Source of the DNA: Utricularia gibba
Taxonomy: Eukaryota; Plantae; Magnoliophyta
Length of the DNA: 64,000 bases
Assembly (NCBI GenBank): GCA_002189035.1
Contig: CM007990.1
Location: 3,224,001 to 3,288,000, forward strand
Direction of reading: 5' to 3'
This document shows, in pieces, positions 12,038-25,830 of this stretch (within the stretch, counting starts at the first letter, position 1; every line of letters starts with the position of its first letter). Position numbers and translations under genes: made by a program. The notes beneath the pieces are model-generated. The model was given only the letters and a program-made list of their open reading frames with translations, was not told where the DNA came from and made no database searches.

Positions 12038-15000
12038 TGTAGGCTAGAATGAATCAAGAGCACACAAAAGAATAAGAACAAGAACAAGAATAAGAGAATC
12101 AATATATCATAGGCTTGGTAATCCAATGTTCTAAAGGTATTTTTGACCACCCAATAGATCAATTATCCCCAGGTTTCAAGTGGTTCCTTATGAAAGGAGA
12201 GATCCCTTTTTATAGAGTAGGAACAATTAGATAGGATGCAACAGATTAGGGATTCAGTTACAACTAACAAAGACTAAGCCAAGTTTTTGATTTAATTACC
12301 CACTAAGTTTCTATTAATTTCTATTCTAATAATCAGATTATTGTAATTAATTATTACAACAATCCCCCATATATTGGAAAGGAAATTCATATAGTTGCAT
12401 GTAATATGGACTTTGACGCTTTGGAAACAAGTATCTTTCGATTATGAACTAGTATCCTGATCTAATAATTCATGTAACACTAAGTTATGGTGAAATTCAT
12501 GATTTCTATGAATCATAAGCTTCAAATTTGCTACAGAGGACTTATTAGTCAATGTCAAAACCCCCCCATACTCAGTTGTTCATCACAAGGATGCATGCAT
12601 GCGACAATGTGCAATTCCTGTATTTTCATACTTGCTTTAGAAACTAACTCAGTTTCATAGGAGCCGCTCCACTTCACAAGTATATAGGTGCTTCTTTCTC
12701 ACATATACTACTTATTATGCCACTAGATAACCAGCTATAGTAGCATTAAGAGTTTTAAAACTCATCCTCACAAAATTTGTAGCTAGAACACTCATATCAT
12801 AGGAACAACTTCTTGCTAGATGTTTGGTGTACTCAGAACTAACAATGATTTGTTATTACCCTTATGAACTTAGTTTGAGTGTTTTTTTCTCATTATAAGT
12901 AGGGTTACCATTATTGCCATTTTTCAAAAGGCTTTAGTCCCATTACCCTCGAAAGCTTGTAGATCCTTTCTATATTGAGAGGTTTCGTTAGTGGATCGAC
13001 CAAATTCATTGACGTTGTCACATAGTCAATTGAGATTATTCCATTTTTCAATAGCTATTTCACGGTACTACACCTCAATCGCATGTGGATATTTTTTCCA
13101 TTGTAAGATTTGTTCTTAACAGTGGCTATTGTCAACTGGCAATCACAATGCATTAATACAGGAGTTTCAAACCTTGAACTGAATGGAATTTCTCTTAGGA
13201 AGTTTCTTAACCACTCAACCTCTACTCTTGCTAGATCTAGAGCAATAAACTTAGCTTCCATTATAGATCTTGCAATTAGGGTTTGCTTAGTGGACTTCTT
13301 GGCAACTATGCCACCTTCCATGGTGAAAACAAATCCACTTGTGGCCTTAGTCTCATCAGTGCCTAAAACCCAACTAGTATCACTATATCCCTCTAATGTT
13401 GATGGATTTCCAATGAAATGTATACCATAATGCATGGCACCTTTTAAATATCTCAATAATCATCTCAAAGCTGTCCAATGCTCATCACTTGGACAATGAG
13501 TATATCTACTTAGCCTGCCCATTGTATATATAATGTCAGGCCTCGTGTAGTTCATAAGATATATCAAGCTACCCATGATTTGTGCATACTCATGTTGAGC
13601 TATTGGATCTCCTTTATTTTTATATAGTTTCATACTTAGATCATATGGTGTTCTCACAGATTTCAACTCAAAGTGGTTAAACTTCCTTAAGAGTTTTTCC
13701 ACATTGTGATGCTGTGTTAGCATGAAACCTTGATCACATTTTATGATCTTAACTCCAAGAATACATGAGGCTTCACCCATATCTTTCATGTCAAATCATG
13801 AAGCCAAGAATATTGTAGTATTGGCAGCAACCTCAGTGTTGGAACCAAATATAAGAAAATCATCCATATATAAGCTAATAATTATACACTGGCACTTAGT
13901 GTATATACACTTCTCTAGTAACAATGTTGAAAATCCAAATAATGTTAATACACCATCAAATTTCTCATGCCATTGTTTGGATGCTTGTTTTAAGCCATAT
14001 AATGATTTTCTCAGTCTGCAAACTTGGTTCTCTTGTCCTGCAGTTGCACATCCCTCAGGTTGAACCATATAGATTTCTTCCTCTAATTCACCATTTAAAA
14101 ATATGGTCTTTACATCCATTTGATGAATCACTAAGTTGTAGATAGAGGCAAGTGCTATTAGTGTATGGACAGAGAAGAATTGAACCACTGGAGCTAAGGT
14201 ATCAAAATAGTCGACATTGGGCTTTTTGTGTGAAAGCCTTCATAACCAACCTAGCTTTGTATTTATCAATTGTACTATTTGGATATAACTTCATCTCAAA
14301 TATCTACTTACAGCCAATTGGTTTTGCTCCTTGTGATAGGTCTACAACCTCCCACACTTGATTCTTTTATAAAAAATCAATCTCAATGTCCATAGCTTCA
14401 TTCCATAACTTTGAGTCGAGGGAAGAAATCGCTTCAATAAAGGTCAAAGGCTCTCTATCTACGAGAAATACGTAGAAGTCATCATCAAAGATGGTTTCAG
14501 TTCTTTCCCTTTTACTTCTTCTCAAGTTTTCACCGAAGTTGCACATCATTTGAACCCATGCTATTATTAGCGGTCTCAATCGTCTCACATTTCCTTTTCC
14601 TGGGTGGGAAGATATCCTCAAAGAATTCAGCATTTTTCGTTTCCAAAATAGTGTGATGATCAAGAACATCACTTTTTAATACAAGAAACAGATATGCAAC
14701 ACTTTTATCTGCATATCCTATAAGCAAACAATCTTATGTTTTTAACCTAATTTTTCTTTTTCTTTGGATCATGTAACATCACTTTTGCTAAATATTGCCA
14801 CATTCTCAAATATTTTAGAGATGAAGTGCAGTCTTTTTATATCTCATATGGAGTTTTTCTAGTTTTCTTGTGTGTAACTCTATTTTGGATATGACATGTG
14901 GTTAAGATAGCTTCCTCTCACAAGTAATCATGAGTAGCATAACTTATGAGCATTGAATTTATCATTTATTTCATTGTTCTATTTTTACTTTCTACCCAAT

Positions 15001-17452
15001 TTGACTCAGGGGAATACGATGGGGTCTTCTCATGCTTCTCGTAGAAGTCATGGAATAGTACATACCCCCCCCCCCCCCCGCTTCTATCTGATCATACTCT
15101 CTCAATTTTTGTATCAGTTGGTTTTTTGCCTCAACTTTAAATAGCAGAAATTTATCAAATCCTTCAGATTTGCGTTTCAATAAATAAATACACTTATATC
15201 TAGAATGATTATCAATAAATGTAACAACAAATTTATTGCCTCCCCTAGACATATACATTTTGAAATCACATGCATTTGAGTAAATCAAATCAAGCAGTTT
15301 TGATTCCCTAGTCACATGATAACATGTCTTCTTAGTCAATTGTCACATGATAACATGTCTTCTTAGTCAATTTTTCCTCTACACATATTTCACATTTCAT
15401 TCCTAAATCATGCACCTTTGGAATTAAGTCTAATTTCTACATTTGTTTCATGTACCCAAAATTGACATGTCCTAATCTAGCATGGCAAGTATTAAATGCA
15501 GATAATAAGTAAATAGAAGTAGACATGTTCTTATGCATGGTACATACAAACATAGGAGTGAACACAGAAACATTTAAGTACATTGCATATAACCCTCTAG
15601 GTGCTTTGTGACCCTTTCCCACAAAGACATCGTTCTTTGTGATAATGGCAGCTCCACTACCCAAGGAAACCTTGAAGCCAGCTCGATCCATTTTGATTGT
15701 AGAGATAATGTTTGTCCTCATTGCAAGTGCATGCAACACACTTTTCAGAATGATAGTCTTTCCAAAAGTGAACTTTAGGATAATATCCCCTTGTCCAAAC
15801 ACGGGATGCTGGATTCATCTCCAAACTATATCGATTGCTATGCATTTCCCTCAAAAGGAATATACTTAGAAAATGATTCTTTCTTTGTATACACATGATG
15901 TGTGGCTCCATAATCCAAGATCCAATTATAATTTGAACTGATTAAGTTCAAATGACTAATCACAACAATGAAGGGTTCTTCCCCCTCACCTTCGGTCATA
16001 GTGACCTTGGGTTTGGAGGGCTCATCACCATTTTTTCATGCCTTTCTATGTCTACACTGCGCTGCATTTGACTTGGTTTCCACAAACAAAACATTATTCC
16101 TTTTTCTTCTTATAGGGTTTGTTAGCCACCACAAGAGAATCAGATTTCTTAGGATAGGATTTTGAGTTGTACCTCCATTGATTGTTTTCTACCAAATTGG
16201 CTTATGGAGAGTTTCTTTCAGGTTTTTGAATCTTCTTCTGTTTTGCCTCAATGGCAATGTGGCTGATTAGCTGGTCCAGGCTCATGTTTCAATCTGAGTG
16301 TTTCAGGTTGTTCTTGTAGGCTTCCCAGCTTTTTGGCAATTTCTCGATCAGGATATTAGTAACAAAAGGTGGTGGTAGTTGTATGTTTTTTGCAGCCATG
16401 TTGTCAAGCAGGTGGTGAAAATCATTTAGTTGAATGACAACATCCTTTTCTTCATCCATCTCTCACTGGTTAAAAGTTGGAAACTGCAAATCTGGACTTG
16501 ACGGCATCCTCTGCAATGTATTTGGAAGTCATGGATTGTCAAATTAAGATGGTCTCCTTGTATGCTACGTAGACATCGAAGAGAGAATTTGATAAGATAG
16601 AGATAATCATATGGTGACATACCCGATTAGCCCATTCCCAATTTGTGTGGTTTGGATTTGAAGCATCTGGTATGGAGATTGTCAAGGCTCAAGCAACACC
16701 ATGCATATCCAGGAGTTTGTAGATCCGATCTTGCCACTTACGGAAATGTTGACCATTGAATGATTCAATCTTGGAGATATCTAGAAATGTCTTTGTGATA
16801 GGTTGTGCTGCATTTAGATTGAAATGTTGGAATCTAGAGGTGACACCTTGCACATGTGTGCGGTATCCAATAGTGATTGCCAATATTGGATCAGTGAAAA
16901 TGGGAGCTGTTGGTTATGGCAAACCGGTTGAAACAGTAGGAGGCATATTTTGGAAAAGGTGTGCAGGTACGATCGATGATGGCGGTCTAGAGAGGGTGAC
17001 TAGAGGGGTAGAATCAGAAACAAGATTGCTTGAAACAATAGGATTAGATGCCATAGAGAGATACCTTTAGATTGTAGGCTAGAATGAATCAAGAGCACAC
17101 AAAAGAATAAGAACAAGAACAAGAATAAGAGAATCAATAGACCGCAGGCTTAGTAATCCAATGTCCTAAAGATATTTTTGACCATCCAGCGGATCAGCTA
17201 CCCCCAAGATTCAATTGGTTCATTATGAAAGGAGGGAGCCCCTTTCATGGAGTAGGAACAACTGGATAGGATGCAACCGACTTCGCAAAATTAGGAGATG
17301 GGGTCAATTCAACCATTGTCTAGTCTTACGCAAGATTAGGGATTCGATTGCAACTAACAAAGACTAAGCCAAGTATTTGATTTAATTACTCACTAATTTT
17401 CAATTAATTTCCTATTATAATAATTAGATTATTGTAATTAAATATTACAACA
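12038..17452 (-). mobile_element. Full-length decayed Ty1/copia retrotransposon (TAR-like)
   Basis: LTRs at 12038-12361 and 17073-17452 (56-bp indel). Exact TSD TAAAG. PPT GGGGGAT at 12362-12368. gag DISKIESFNGQHFRKWQDRI; RT IHQMDVKTIFLNGELEEEIYM...YMDD; RNase H LEGYSDTSW...KSYNGK. Confidence 0.95.
15311..15372. repeat. 31-bp perfect tandem duplication inside the Copia pol
   Basis: GTCACATGATAACATGTCTTCTTAGTCAATT occurs twice in tandem. Confidence 0.9.
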
Positions 17453-18629
17453 TAAAGAATGGATGCCCCAAGAGGGACATTACTCTAAAGCTCGACTCGG
17501 CCCCGAGAACTGGCCAACATGTACAAATGCTCGAAACGCGCATAGTAGTTGTAGTTTTCCAACATCTCTAGAGGTCCTGGACGCTTACTCATAAGGCCTT
17601 TACAAGCATAGCAGCATCAAGGCATCTGAAATTCACTTCCGCTTCACCACCTTTGGCCGTCAAAGTGGCTAAGCAATGCAATCATAATGAAGGGCGAATT
17701 TTCCCTTGGCATGTTCTAGTTTCCTAATCACTAATCATGGAGAATGTAGGAAAGACTAGGTGGCATGGCAAGAGAGAAACTCACAATTCTAGCAGAGTAT
17801 TCCCAAGTAAAACCACAAATGGCACTCTAGGTAGGTGGATGTATTAGACCAACTGCTCTGCAAATGTTGTGCCTCTTGCAGCTGAACCGATGGGGAAAAA
17901 GGAAAAAGGAAAGGGGTGAGAAGTGCACGAGAGATCAAATCATCGTGGACCCTCTTGCTTGCGAGAAGAGCATTGCATCCTCCACTTTCACAACTTAAGT
18001 CTTCTCCGTCATTATATTACTTACCGTAAATAAACCCTCAAAAACCGACTTCCATCTTGAAAAGGGAATTAAATCTGTAAAACCTTTCATCTTATGAAAA
18101 GGGTATTTTTATCTTATCCATCATTATAATCTCACAAACCAAACAAACCATTTGAATAATCCTAAATAAAATCAATCCTACATATCAAATAGAAAAAAAA
18201 AGATCTATAATATTCAATATATGTCTATTCGAAATAATTTAAACCCATTATTATATACTCTTGTATACCAAATGGGCTCCTAGTCTTAGCGAATTCATTT
18301 GCGTCCTCACCCAATTCTCAGTTTCTCTTTGCAGAGACATTTTCCCCTAGACCAATGCAAAACTAAGGACACTTCCCTCTATCTTTTCATTTTGCAGGAA
18401 TCTTCATCTGGATGTCAAGTTATTCCTGAATTCCTTTTCTAGTGAGAGCAGTAATTTCAGATCATCACTTTGTTTTGGTTTCCCTTTATGCTCAATTAAA
18501 AGTCACACAATATTGATTGATTGTGATAAAAAAAAATTTCGATCTCCTCCGAAAGGAGACCGGGGAAAGAAAGAGATGTGCTATAGACCGACCCCTTTTT
18601 CTCATTTTCTTTGAAATGGGCTGAATGAG

Positions 18630-18740
18630 ATCAAGAAGTACTGGATTCTCTTTCGGATAGGTCCTAAAAGGAGAAGGAAGCGTGGAACACCAAGATGCAT
18701 CTACTATGAAATTGATCCAGCCCAATAGTACCCATTTTGT
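18630..18740 (+). pseudogene. ycf15: Plastid-derived fragment (NUPT) of the ycf15 3' part
   Basis: CAAGAAGTACTGGATTCTCTTTCGGATAGGTCCTAAAAGGAGAAGGAAG...ATAGTACCCATTTT translates KKYWILFRIGPKRRRKRGTP, versus plastid ycf15 KKYWILFRIGPERRRKAGMP (recalled sequence). Confidence 0.75.
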
Positions 18741-20664
18741 GAATAACTGTTGGTACAATGTTACCCGAAGTTGTGATGCCATGAACTAACTATATACGAT
18801 ATGCTATGCGTAGCCTAAATCCTCACCACTCATTCTGAATTCAAATCTGGCAGGATTCACCCATTAAAGAGGTTGTTTCAGTAAAAACACTAAGCTTGGC
18901 ATGGCAGGAAAAGCATACCGTGGTTCTTGTGAAGGAAGATCAGATCAATTGGAAGAGCAATCGAGATCCCCGGATATGTATCTACTAATGGTTCCAAACC
19001 TCCCCCACCCCCCTGTTTCTCATCTACGTTTGTCTTGCTGTAGATATTCCACTTGTTTGATGACAAGGGCGATGTGATGTGTGTGCGGTGAGGAGTATTC
19101 ATGCCTATGAATAAACATTATTTCGTATATCGGTTTCTGTAAGACGCAAACAATTCTATGCTTTTCATAAAACAATATTTATTTATTCGTTTTGATATAA
19201 TGCTCGCCCCTTGTAAACGTGGTTCCACCTTCAAAGTAGAAACTAATGTTTTTTTCAAAATGCAAGGTAGTGGCAGCATGCGCAGTTGAAGTCAAAAAGT
19301 CCAAGTGTAAGCTAAACCCACGCAGGCAATGAATAAAACGGCTTATTTTGAACTGACATATTTGTCGTCTTCCCCCTTCAAAAAGCCTTCAACAAAAGAA
19401 AAAAAAGAATGTAATTAACCAAAAAAATGTTATTATATTTTTCCGGTTACTTGGCACGTCTGAAATATGAGAGACCTGCCAGATGACGAATAATGAAACG
19501 TGAGACGAGATTACTTTTCCCTCCTGATTGCTGGCTGCATCGACTCATCACCTGGGGATCGGTCTGTCGGGTCCAAATGTCTGGGTTCTATGGTCGAAGT
19601 GCGGTTGGAATCGGATAGACCACCAAGAATTCATTAATTTTTTTTAAGCATGTAGTCTCCCTTTAATAATAAAAATAGATATGGACAAGTTAGGGGAGCG
19701 GACTCTACAAAACAACAGGAAGCACTTTTCATTGACAAGTAACAAGAAATGCAATCAGAGATGAAGGCGACGAGGGGAATTTGGCGAAATAATGCAAAAA
19801 AGGGGGTTGATGAATACCTCATGTTTTAATTTTAAAAGTAGGTGAATTCCTATTAGATGTTTTTTTATTGAATACCTTTTTGATATAAGATAAAATAATA
19901 AAATAATAAATATATATTGGTATATTAAAAATACTTAACGAATATGTTTATATATATTAAATAATAATTTAATATTTTGTTATATTTTCCATTAAATTTA
20001 GTTTTACAATACATCAACATAAATATTTTCGAATAATAAATGAAATTGAATTTTCATATTATAATATAAAATTAAGGAATATCCATGATTTATCATTTTC
20101 AGATGTTTATCAATTTTAAATAATAAATAATAAATAATCATAAGTTAGACAAGAACACGAGGTTTACAATTTCATACTCTTTATCAATAAAATTCAATCA
20201 AATTTAAAAAATAAAAAATTTAAATGGAAATTACAATTCAACAAAAGATATAAAAAATTTTAAATTTTTAATCAACTTTATCAATTTTCCAAACATTTGT
20301 TTAGCGATAAGACTATTAAATTAAGTTTCAAGAGTTGACTTCCTTAGCACTATGATGTTGGATTTTATGAAGAAAGTGATTTAAATAATGATGACATCTT
20401 AGATTATATATCTCATAACTAGCATACTATGAGGAATATGGTGTCAAAATGTGAAGTATTTTGACTAATGTCTAAAAAAACTTATGAACCTTTTCACTTA
20501 TGTTAGTCTTAATTCTAGCTTGAAAACAAATCCAGTATCATTTTAGCATAATATGATAACGCATGATTTTTCATTCGATTCTAATTAGAAGAATAGTTTT
20601 TGACAGGAATTTAGGTATTTTAATAGATGTTATTATAATTTAGGCTAAATCAATCATTTAATCT

Positions 20665-21125
20665 AAAGCAATGTTTGGAAATCATGAGAATCAATTCTAT
20701 CTAGAATGATTTTCGATAAAATTGATTATATCTTTTAAACGCATATAAAATTATATTTTACAAGAATTAATTTTTAAAAATCACTTCACTTCTATGAAAA
20801 ACATCAGATGATAATTTTTCTATTAGAATCAATTTTCAAGAAGTAATTTTAAAATTGAAATTATATTTATAAATAATTTAATTATCTTAATTTTAAATTA
20901 TAATTTTAATATAAATATATTAAAATTAAAGTAATAATGTAAATTATAATTTAAAAGTTATGTAATATTTTTATAATATAAATGAGATATAAAAAATATT
21001 TTTAAATTATAAATTTTTAAAATATAATTATTAATAAATATGTCATTTATTTATTAAAATCATTTTTTTTACTTCAAATATGAATTCATTTTATAATTAT
21101 TCTAAAAAAACACTTCCAAACAATC
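20665..21125. mobile_element. Possible degenerate Tourist-like MITE
   Basis: TGTTTGGAA near 20671 and TTCCAAACA near 21114 form inverted termini around a very AT-rich core. No TSD confirmed. Confidence 0.3.
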
Positions 21126-22122
21126 AATTCTGAAATGATTTTTTTAAATATACATTAAATCTTGATCCAACAATATTCTTTTAAGTAAGAAGTATCATTA
21201 ATATATTACACCTTAAGAAGCCCAACCCTAGGAAAGTAAACACTAACATGGAGGTCTATGCGTCTAAAAGTTGGAGGAAAAACATAAAAAAAGCAGATAC
21301 GGAAGAAAAAAAAAGAAGATGAAGAGAGAAGAATGAAAAAGAAGGATGTAGTAAAACAAGGAGATGTAGAGAAGACGAATGAAGGAAGAACCTCTAAAAA
21401 GAATAGAAAATATAGGAGGTAAGTACATCATTCTCATATCAGTCAAATAATTTTACTCTCAATTATAAATAGAGTCATGAATTAAAAACAAATGTTTTAG
21501 CTTCTTATTGAAAATTCAACCTATTTGAAAAATAATATTTATTTGTTCTCTATTAGATGGGGAGTATGGATATATTTCTAATATTGTTTTATTCATTAAT
21601 TCTTTCTCTTTAAAGTAACTAATCAAGAGGCGAAACCTTAGAAGGGATAGGGGAAGTTTTGCTCATTATAGTTAAGTCCATTCTAATCGAGTTCATTCAT
21701 TCTCTAATTAGAAAACGCAAATAAATCTAGGATAAGAGAAGAATGGTATGTTTAATCTAAGAAACTAATTCCAAGATAGACCGAAAAGATTGGAAGAAAA
21801 AGAGACTCAAGTATTCTTTTGAGTAATCAATCTTTCAATACGGTTAGGATAAAAATAGTATGAGCATAATCCCTATTTTAGTTGAATTAGAATTCAATTT
21901 TCCTTGTTTCTTTGTATTTGTTTCATCTTGTTATTTGTGTCATAGTAGTTATACGTTAGACTTATCAATCTACTCTATGAAAAAAAATGCGTTAACCTTC
22001 ACACAATAGCTGCTAAGCTCTTCATGCTCACATCTGATTCTACTATATGATATTATTTGAGTTCTATCTGATTGAGAATTTGGATTTATAAATATATTTT
22101 GTATAAAAATTTGATTAGTTGA

Positions 22123-22153
22123 TGGAACTCAACGGTTACACCTACCTGTTCAA
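22123..22153 (-). pseudogene. psbB: Very short plastid-like fragment matching psbB
   Basis: Minus strand GAACAGGTAGGTGTAACCGTTGAGTTC encodes EQVGVTVEF, a CP47 motif. About 2 mismatches in 27 nt to the recalled plastid sequence. Confidence 0.4.
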
Positions 22154-25100
22154 GCATTCCCTCACGCTTGGCACCAACGAGGTTGGGCGGCTTCGGCAGC
22201 CCGGGGTCACGGATCAACCATATAATCCCAATAGACCCAATACCAAATAGATGTTTTCATTTATCATCAATACAAAGAGATAACTATTGGGTTAGTCATC
22301 ATGAAGAGGAGTTTCAATGTCTAGACATCTATTCTTAAGCAGCATGTAGCACTCTTCTACAATGAGGCGGAATACATGGGGGTAATTGAAGTTAGGAAAA
22401 AAACAAGAGATTTTCCCTTGTGGGGTTTTATCTAATTAATCTTGCGGTATTGATAATTTTGTTTCTAACTAGCACACTTTTGGGCTAAAGCAACCCATGA
22501 ACACTTGGTGAGCTTCATCCAATTTGAGACTAATGCAAGTTTCTCTAAATATACATCGTATATAGAACCAATGGTTCATATAATCCCTAGAATTATGCTA
22601 AAGATTCTCTAATTATTGTTTACGGATCTTTTTTATATGAAATTTGTTGCAAATGATTAGTTTGAATTTAGCTACATCCTGGGAGAAAGAGTGTCTCATC
22701 GCAAACTTAGTTATTTTAATAATTTATGACATGGGTGGTGAAACTTTTGACAAATTCAGCAGAATTCGAAGGCTTGATCTTGTATATCATTTTCTCAATA
22801 AATTTTAATTATAAAAAAAGTTGATAATAGGAAATTGAATTTTGTAAAAATTATTATATGTTAACCTATTACAAATTTGTATAGGTTTGTTAGAGGGATT
22901 TAAAATACTAAATTACAAAATGAAACATAATAAATGAACCTTAATTAAAGGAAGTAGTTCCTGGTCTTAAGTTGACATGATATCGAATGGGTAAATCAAA
23001 GATCACATCTTGGGAAAAAATAAAGAAGCAATAAAGGATAGCTTTCTTGCCTTACAATTATTAGCAACTTTTTTCGACAATTATCTAGTCTGAAGATGAT
23101 GTTTTGTCAAAATTGATTTTTTTTAGAATTTTTAGTGTTAGAGTAAGGAATTAAGTGAACTAAGATAAGTAAAATGATCAAAATAAGTATTAGTAAATTC
23201 ATTTTTTGGTAAAAACCTATTTTTGATCTTTTTGGTTTAATTCTTGGTTGGTGTGATGTTACTGTTCATATGGCCTAGGAATGGACATTTGGGGTGGGAT
23301 GCCTATTATGATCATTCTGTGCAATAATTATTAGTTCAGGGTTAAACTAAGAAAATGATGTCTACATGCATGAGAAGATAAGAGTACCTGACATGAAAAG
23401 AGGAACAAGAGGCTCGAGCCTCTTCATGGCATGCAACAAAGGTAGGTTAGATTGAGGTGAGAGAGAAAAGAGGATTTCGATGCTAAAAGCTACTTTTCGG
23501 TGAATTTGTACAAGTTTTCAACATAACACTCGAACCAACCTTCTACATCAAGAACCCAACAAGGAGCAAGATTGTCACTCAAGAAGTTTGAGAATCAACT
23601 ATTTATGGAGAAGAAGATGATCGAAGCCAGCTCCAACATGACACTAGAACTACTTCCAATGTCTATAATAAAAGTAGAACCAAGAATTTCCATAGTGAAG
23701 CCAAAAGACCATCTTGTTTGAGAAGAAGAAGAAGTTTATGCGAGAATTGAACTAGAATAGCATAAGAATTTTTTATTTTCTACACTTTTTTTTGAACTTA
23801 ATTTCATGAACTTGCTAAATATCTTAATCAACTCGACATGCTTTCTTCATCGTTGTCTTCAATGTTTTCACGTGCGAATCAAAACAATAAATTGATTATG
23901 TTAATGTTTTTCTTTTAAGTATGATTAATTTTCAATTTTAGTGAAATATTTACTTTTAATTTCCAAAAATGTTGATTTTTACATTTTGTTGTTTGTTTTT
24001 AGTATAGAAACAAGCTTAAGAATTTTCCTAATTTCGTAAGAGTAGAAACACATTTCTCTATAAAAACATCATGTTTAATCTCACTTATGCATAGAACTAT
24101 CAACTGAAAACCATATGTTTTTTGTGAATCGACATAGACTTGCTATTATCACACTGCTTTCTTTGTGAATGAAATGAATAAAACTTTTGGGTTAGTGACA
24201 CCATTAGAAATTTCCACTTTTCAAAACCAAGTAATAAAATCTGTAGATAAAAGTAAAAGTACCTTAGGCGAATCCCACATCGATTATGGATGGGGTAAAG
24301 TGATAGTTTATATACATAAATTTTCTCTAATTTTGCATGATGTATTTACCTTAGAAAGTAAGAATATAAAATCCTGAAAGTTAGGTATCCAAAACAGATA
24401 ATATCATTAAAGAAGTGTCTAAGTCGTTGAATTTGTTATCAAAGTCAAATCCGAGCCTATAAATAATGGTGAAGCAAATCCAAAGATGATGGTGAGTTTC
24501 TAAGGGCAGCATAAGCACTCAAACTAATGAAGGATGATATTAACTTACTCAAATCTTATATCGATTACAAACTCGATAGAAAGATAGTTTTTATAAAGAG
24601 ATTTTTTTTTAATCTTACATCATACCTTTTTTTGGAAAGAAAGATTGTAAAACCATAAGGATTAATTATCTTAAACGAATAATATTGTGTAAAAAGAATA
24701 TGAGTCATGATATTGGAATTAGGGTTTAAGATTTAGATATAATGTAAAATTTTCCTAAAAATTAGTACTATTTTCATCCAATGTATTGCAATAAAAAATT
24801 TGCGACGATGGACTTTTAGATGAGGTTGCTATGTTTTTAATATTTGATTTAAGTTATATTGAATAGCATTAATTTTAAAGTTTTATAAATGTATTCAATT
24901 TTCAGTTTATAAATTTTTTTGGTAAATAATATAAAATTATATTATATATTTTGATATAACAAAGTTTATATTGTAAAGTTTACATATTTTTGAAATATAT
25001 AAAAATTGAATAATAGTTAATTAATGTAGTATTTCATGACTCAACACAAAAATTTTAAAAAATTATAAAGTTAATGAAAAAAACTAAATTTTTAATTTTT

Positions 25101-25520
25101 TTTTATAAAATAGGATAAAATTAAAATTTATAAAAATTAAACAAAATTACTTTAAAAAACTTAATTTGAATGTTTGTGTAGAGAAAGAGTCTGAAATGCA
25201 TATTTTGCACAAAAGTACAATCCATACAACCAAACAAGTCCATACGTTTACAACTTCAGCATTCTGTTTTGAATTGTACAGGAGAGAAAACTAAACCAAA
25301 AGCCTATTTCTAAACACAAAGCAATAGCCAACAACGGCATAGCATCTAAATTTGCATACCCCACCCCAATTTACAGATTTCATGCAAAAGAAAAGGTATC
25401 TCAAATGCCCAATCGCTGTCCTCATAATGGGAAGAAAACAAATTCCATCACAAAAATGAATACGGAATCCCTTTCACCCGTGAAAAAAAAAAAAAAACAA
25501 GAGTTGAAGGCAGAGAGTGG

Positions 25521-25623
25521 TCAAACGCTTGTTCTTGAAAGCAGCATTGAGTGTTTTGTGCAGGAACCTCGATCCAAAATCATTTGTAAGCCAACACAGT
25601 TGTCCGGTGCCCCAAACATGTAC
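25521..25623 (-). CDS. MYOB7: MYOB7-like coding exon 3 (with stop)
   Basis: CCCAG|G TAC ATG TTT GGG... encodes YMFGAPDNCVGLQMILDRGSCTKHSMLLSRTSV*, matching the family motif KYMFG...GLQM.L. The joined protein is about 511 aa. Confidence 0.85.
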
Positions 25624-25783
25624 CTGGGAGAATGATTAAAAAACAAAAAGACTCAGCATTGCGGCCAAATGTCTCAAAGATTACAAGGTCAATGATGCCT
25701 TCTTGGCCCATGACATGGCCAACAATCAGCATGATATCAGAGGCGAAGATAACCTATGTAGAACACATCACACTTCTTGTTAC

Positions 25784-25830
25784 CTGCATCTGTGAGCTTT
25801 ACTTCGGCAAATAAGGAAAGAAGCAATCCA
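25784..25830 (-). CDS. MYOB7: MYOB7-like coding exon 2
   Basis: TTCGTTCAG|TGG ATT GCT TCT TTC...TGC AG|GTAACA encodes WIASFLICRSKAHRC(R), matching the family motif W..SF.FWR.KARR. Splice phases are consistent. Confidence 0.85.

Larger units (their letters stand above)
11750..17900 (-). pseudogene. Possible degenerate LINE-type RNase H remnant (about 11750-12037 plus 17453-17900) interrupted by the Copia insertion
   Basis: Flanks joined at TAAAG give RALE*CPSWGIHSLLLWKSSPAVL*AL...FPLHVA*QG, resembling the RVT_3 pattern AL.A..GI..L.LE.DS..V..AL...HV.R.GN. Weak. Confidence 0.3.

Noticed and set aside
19478-19535. Box C/D snoRNA-like arrangement (ATGACGA...CTGA with GCCAG/CTGGC)
   Set aside because: Only 45 nt from box C to box D, offset terminal stem and no convincing rRNA antisense element.
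23130-24160. Very old gypsy-like LTR
   Set aside because: LTR-like composition only. No termini, TSD or second copy could be supported.
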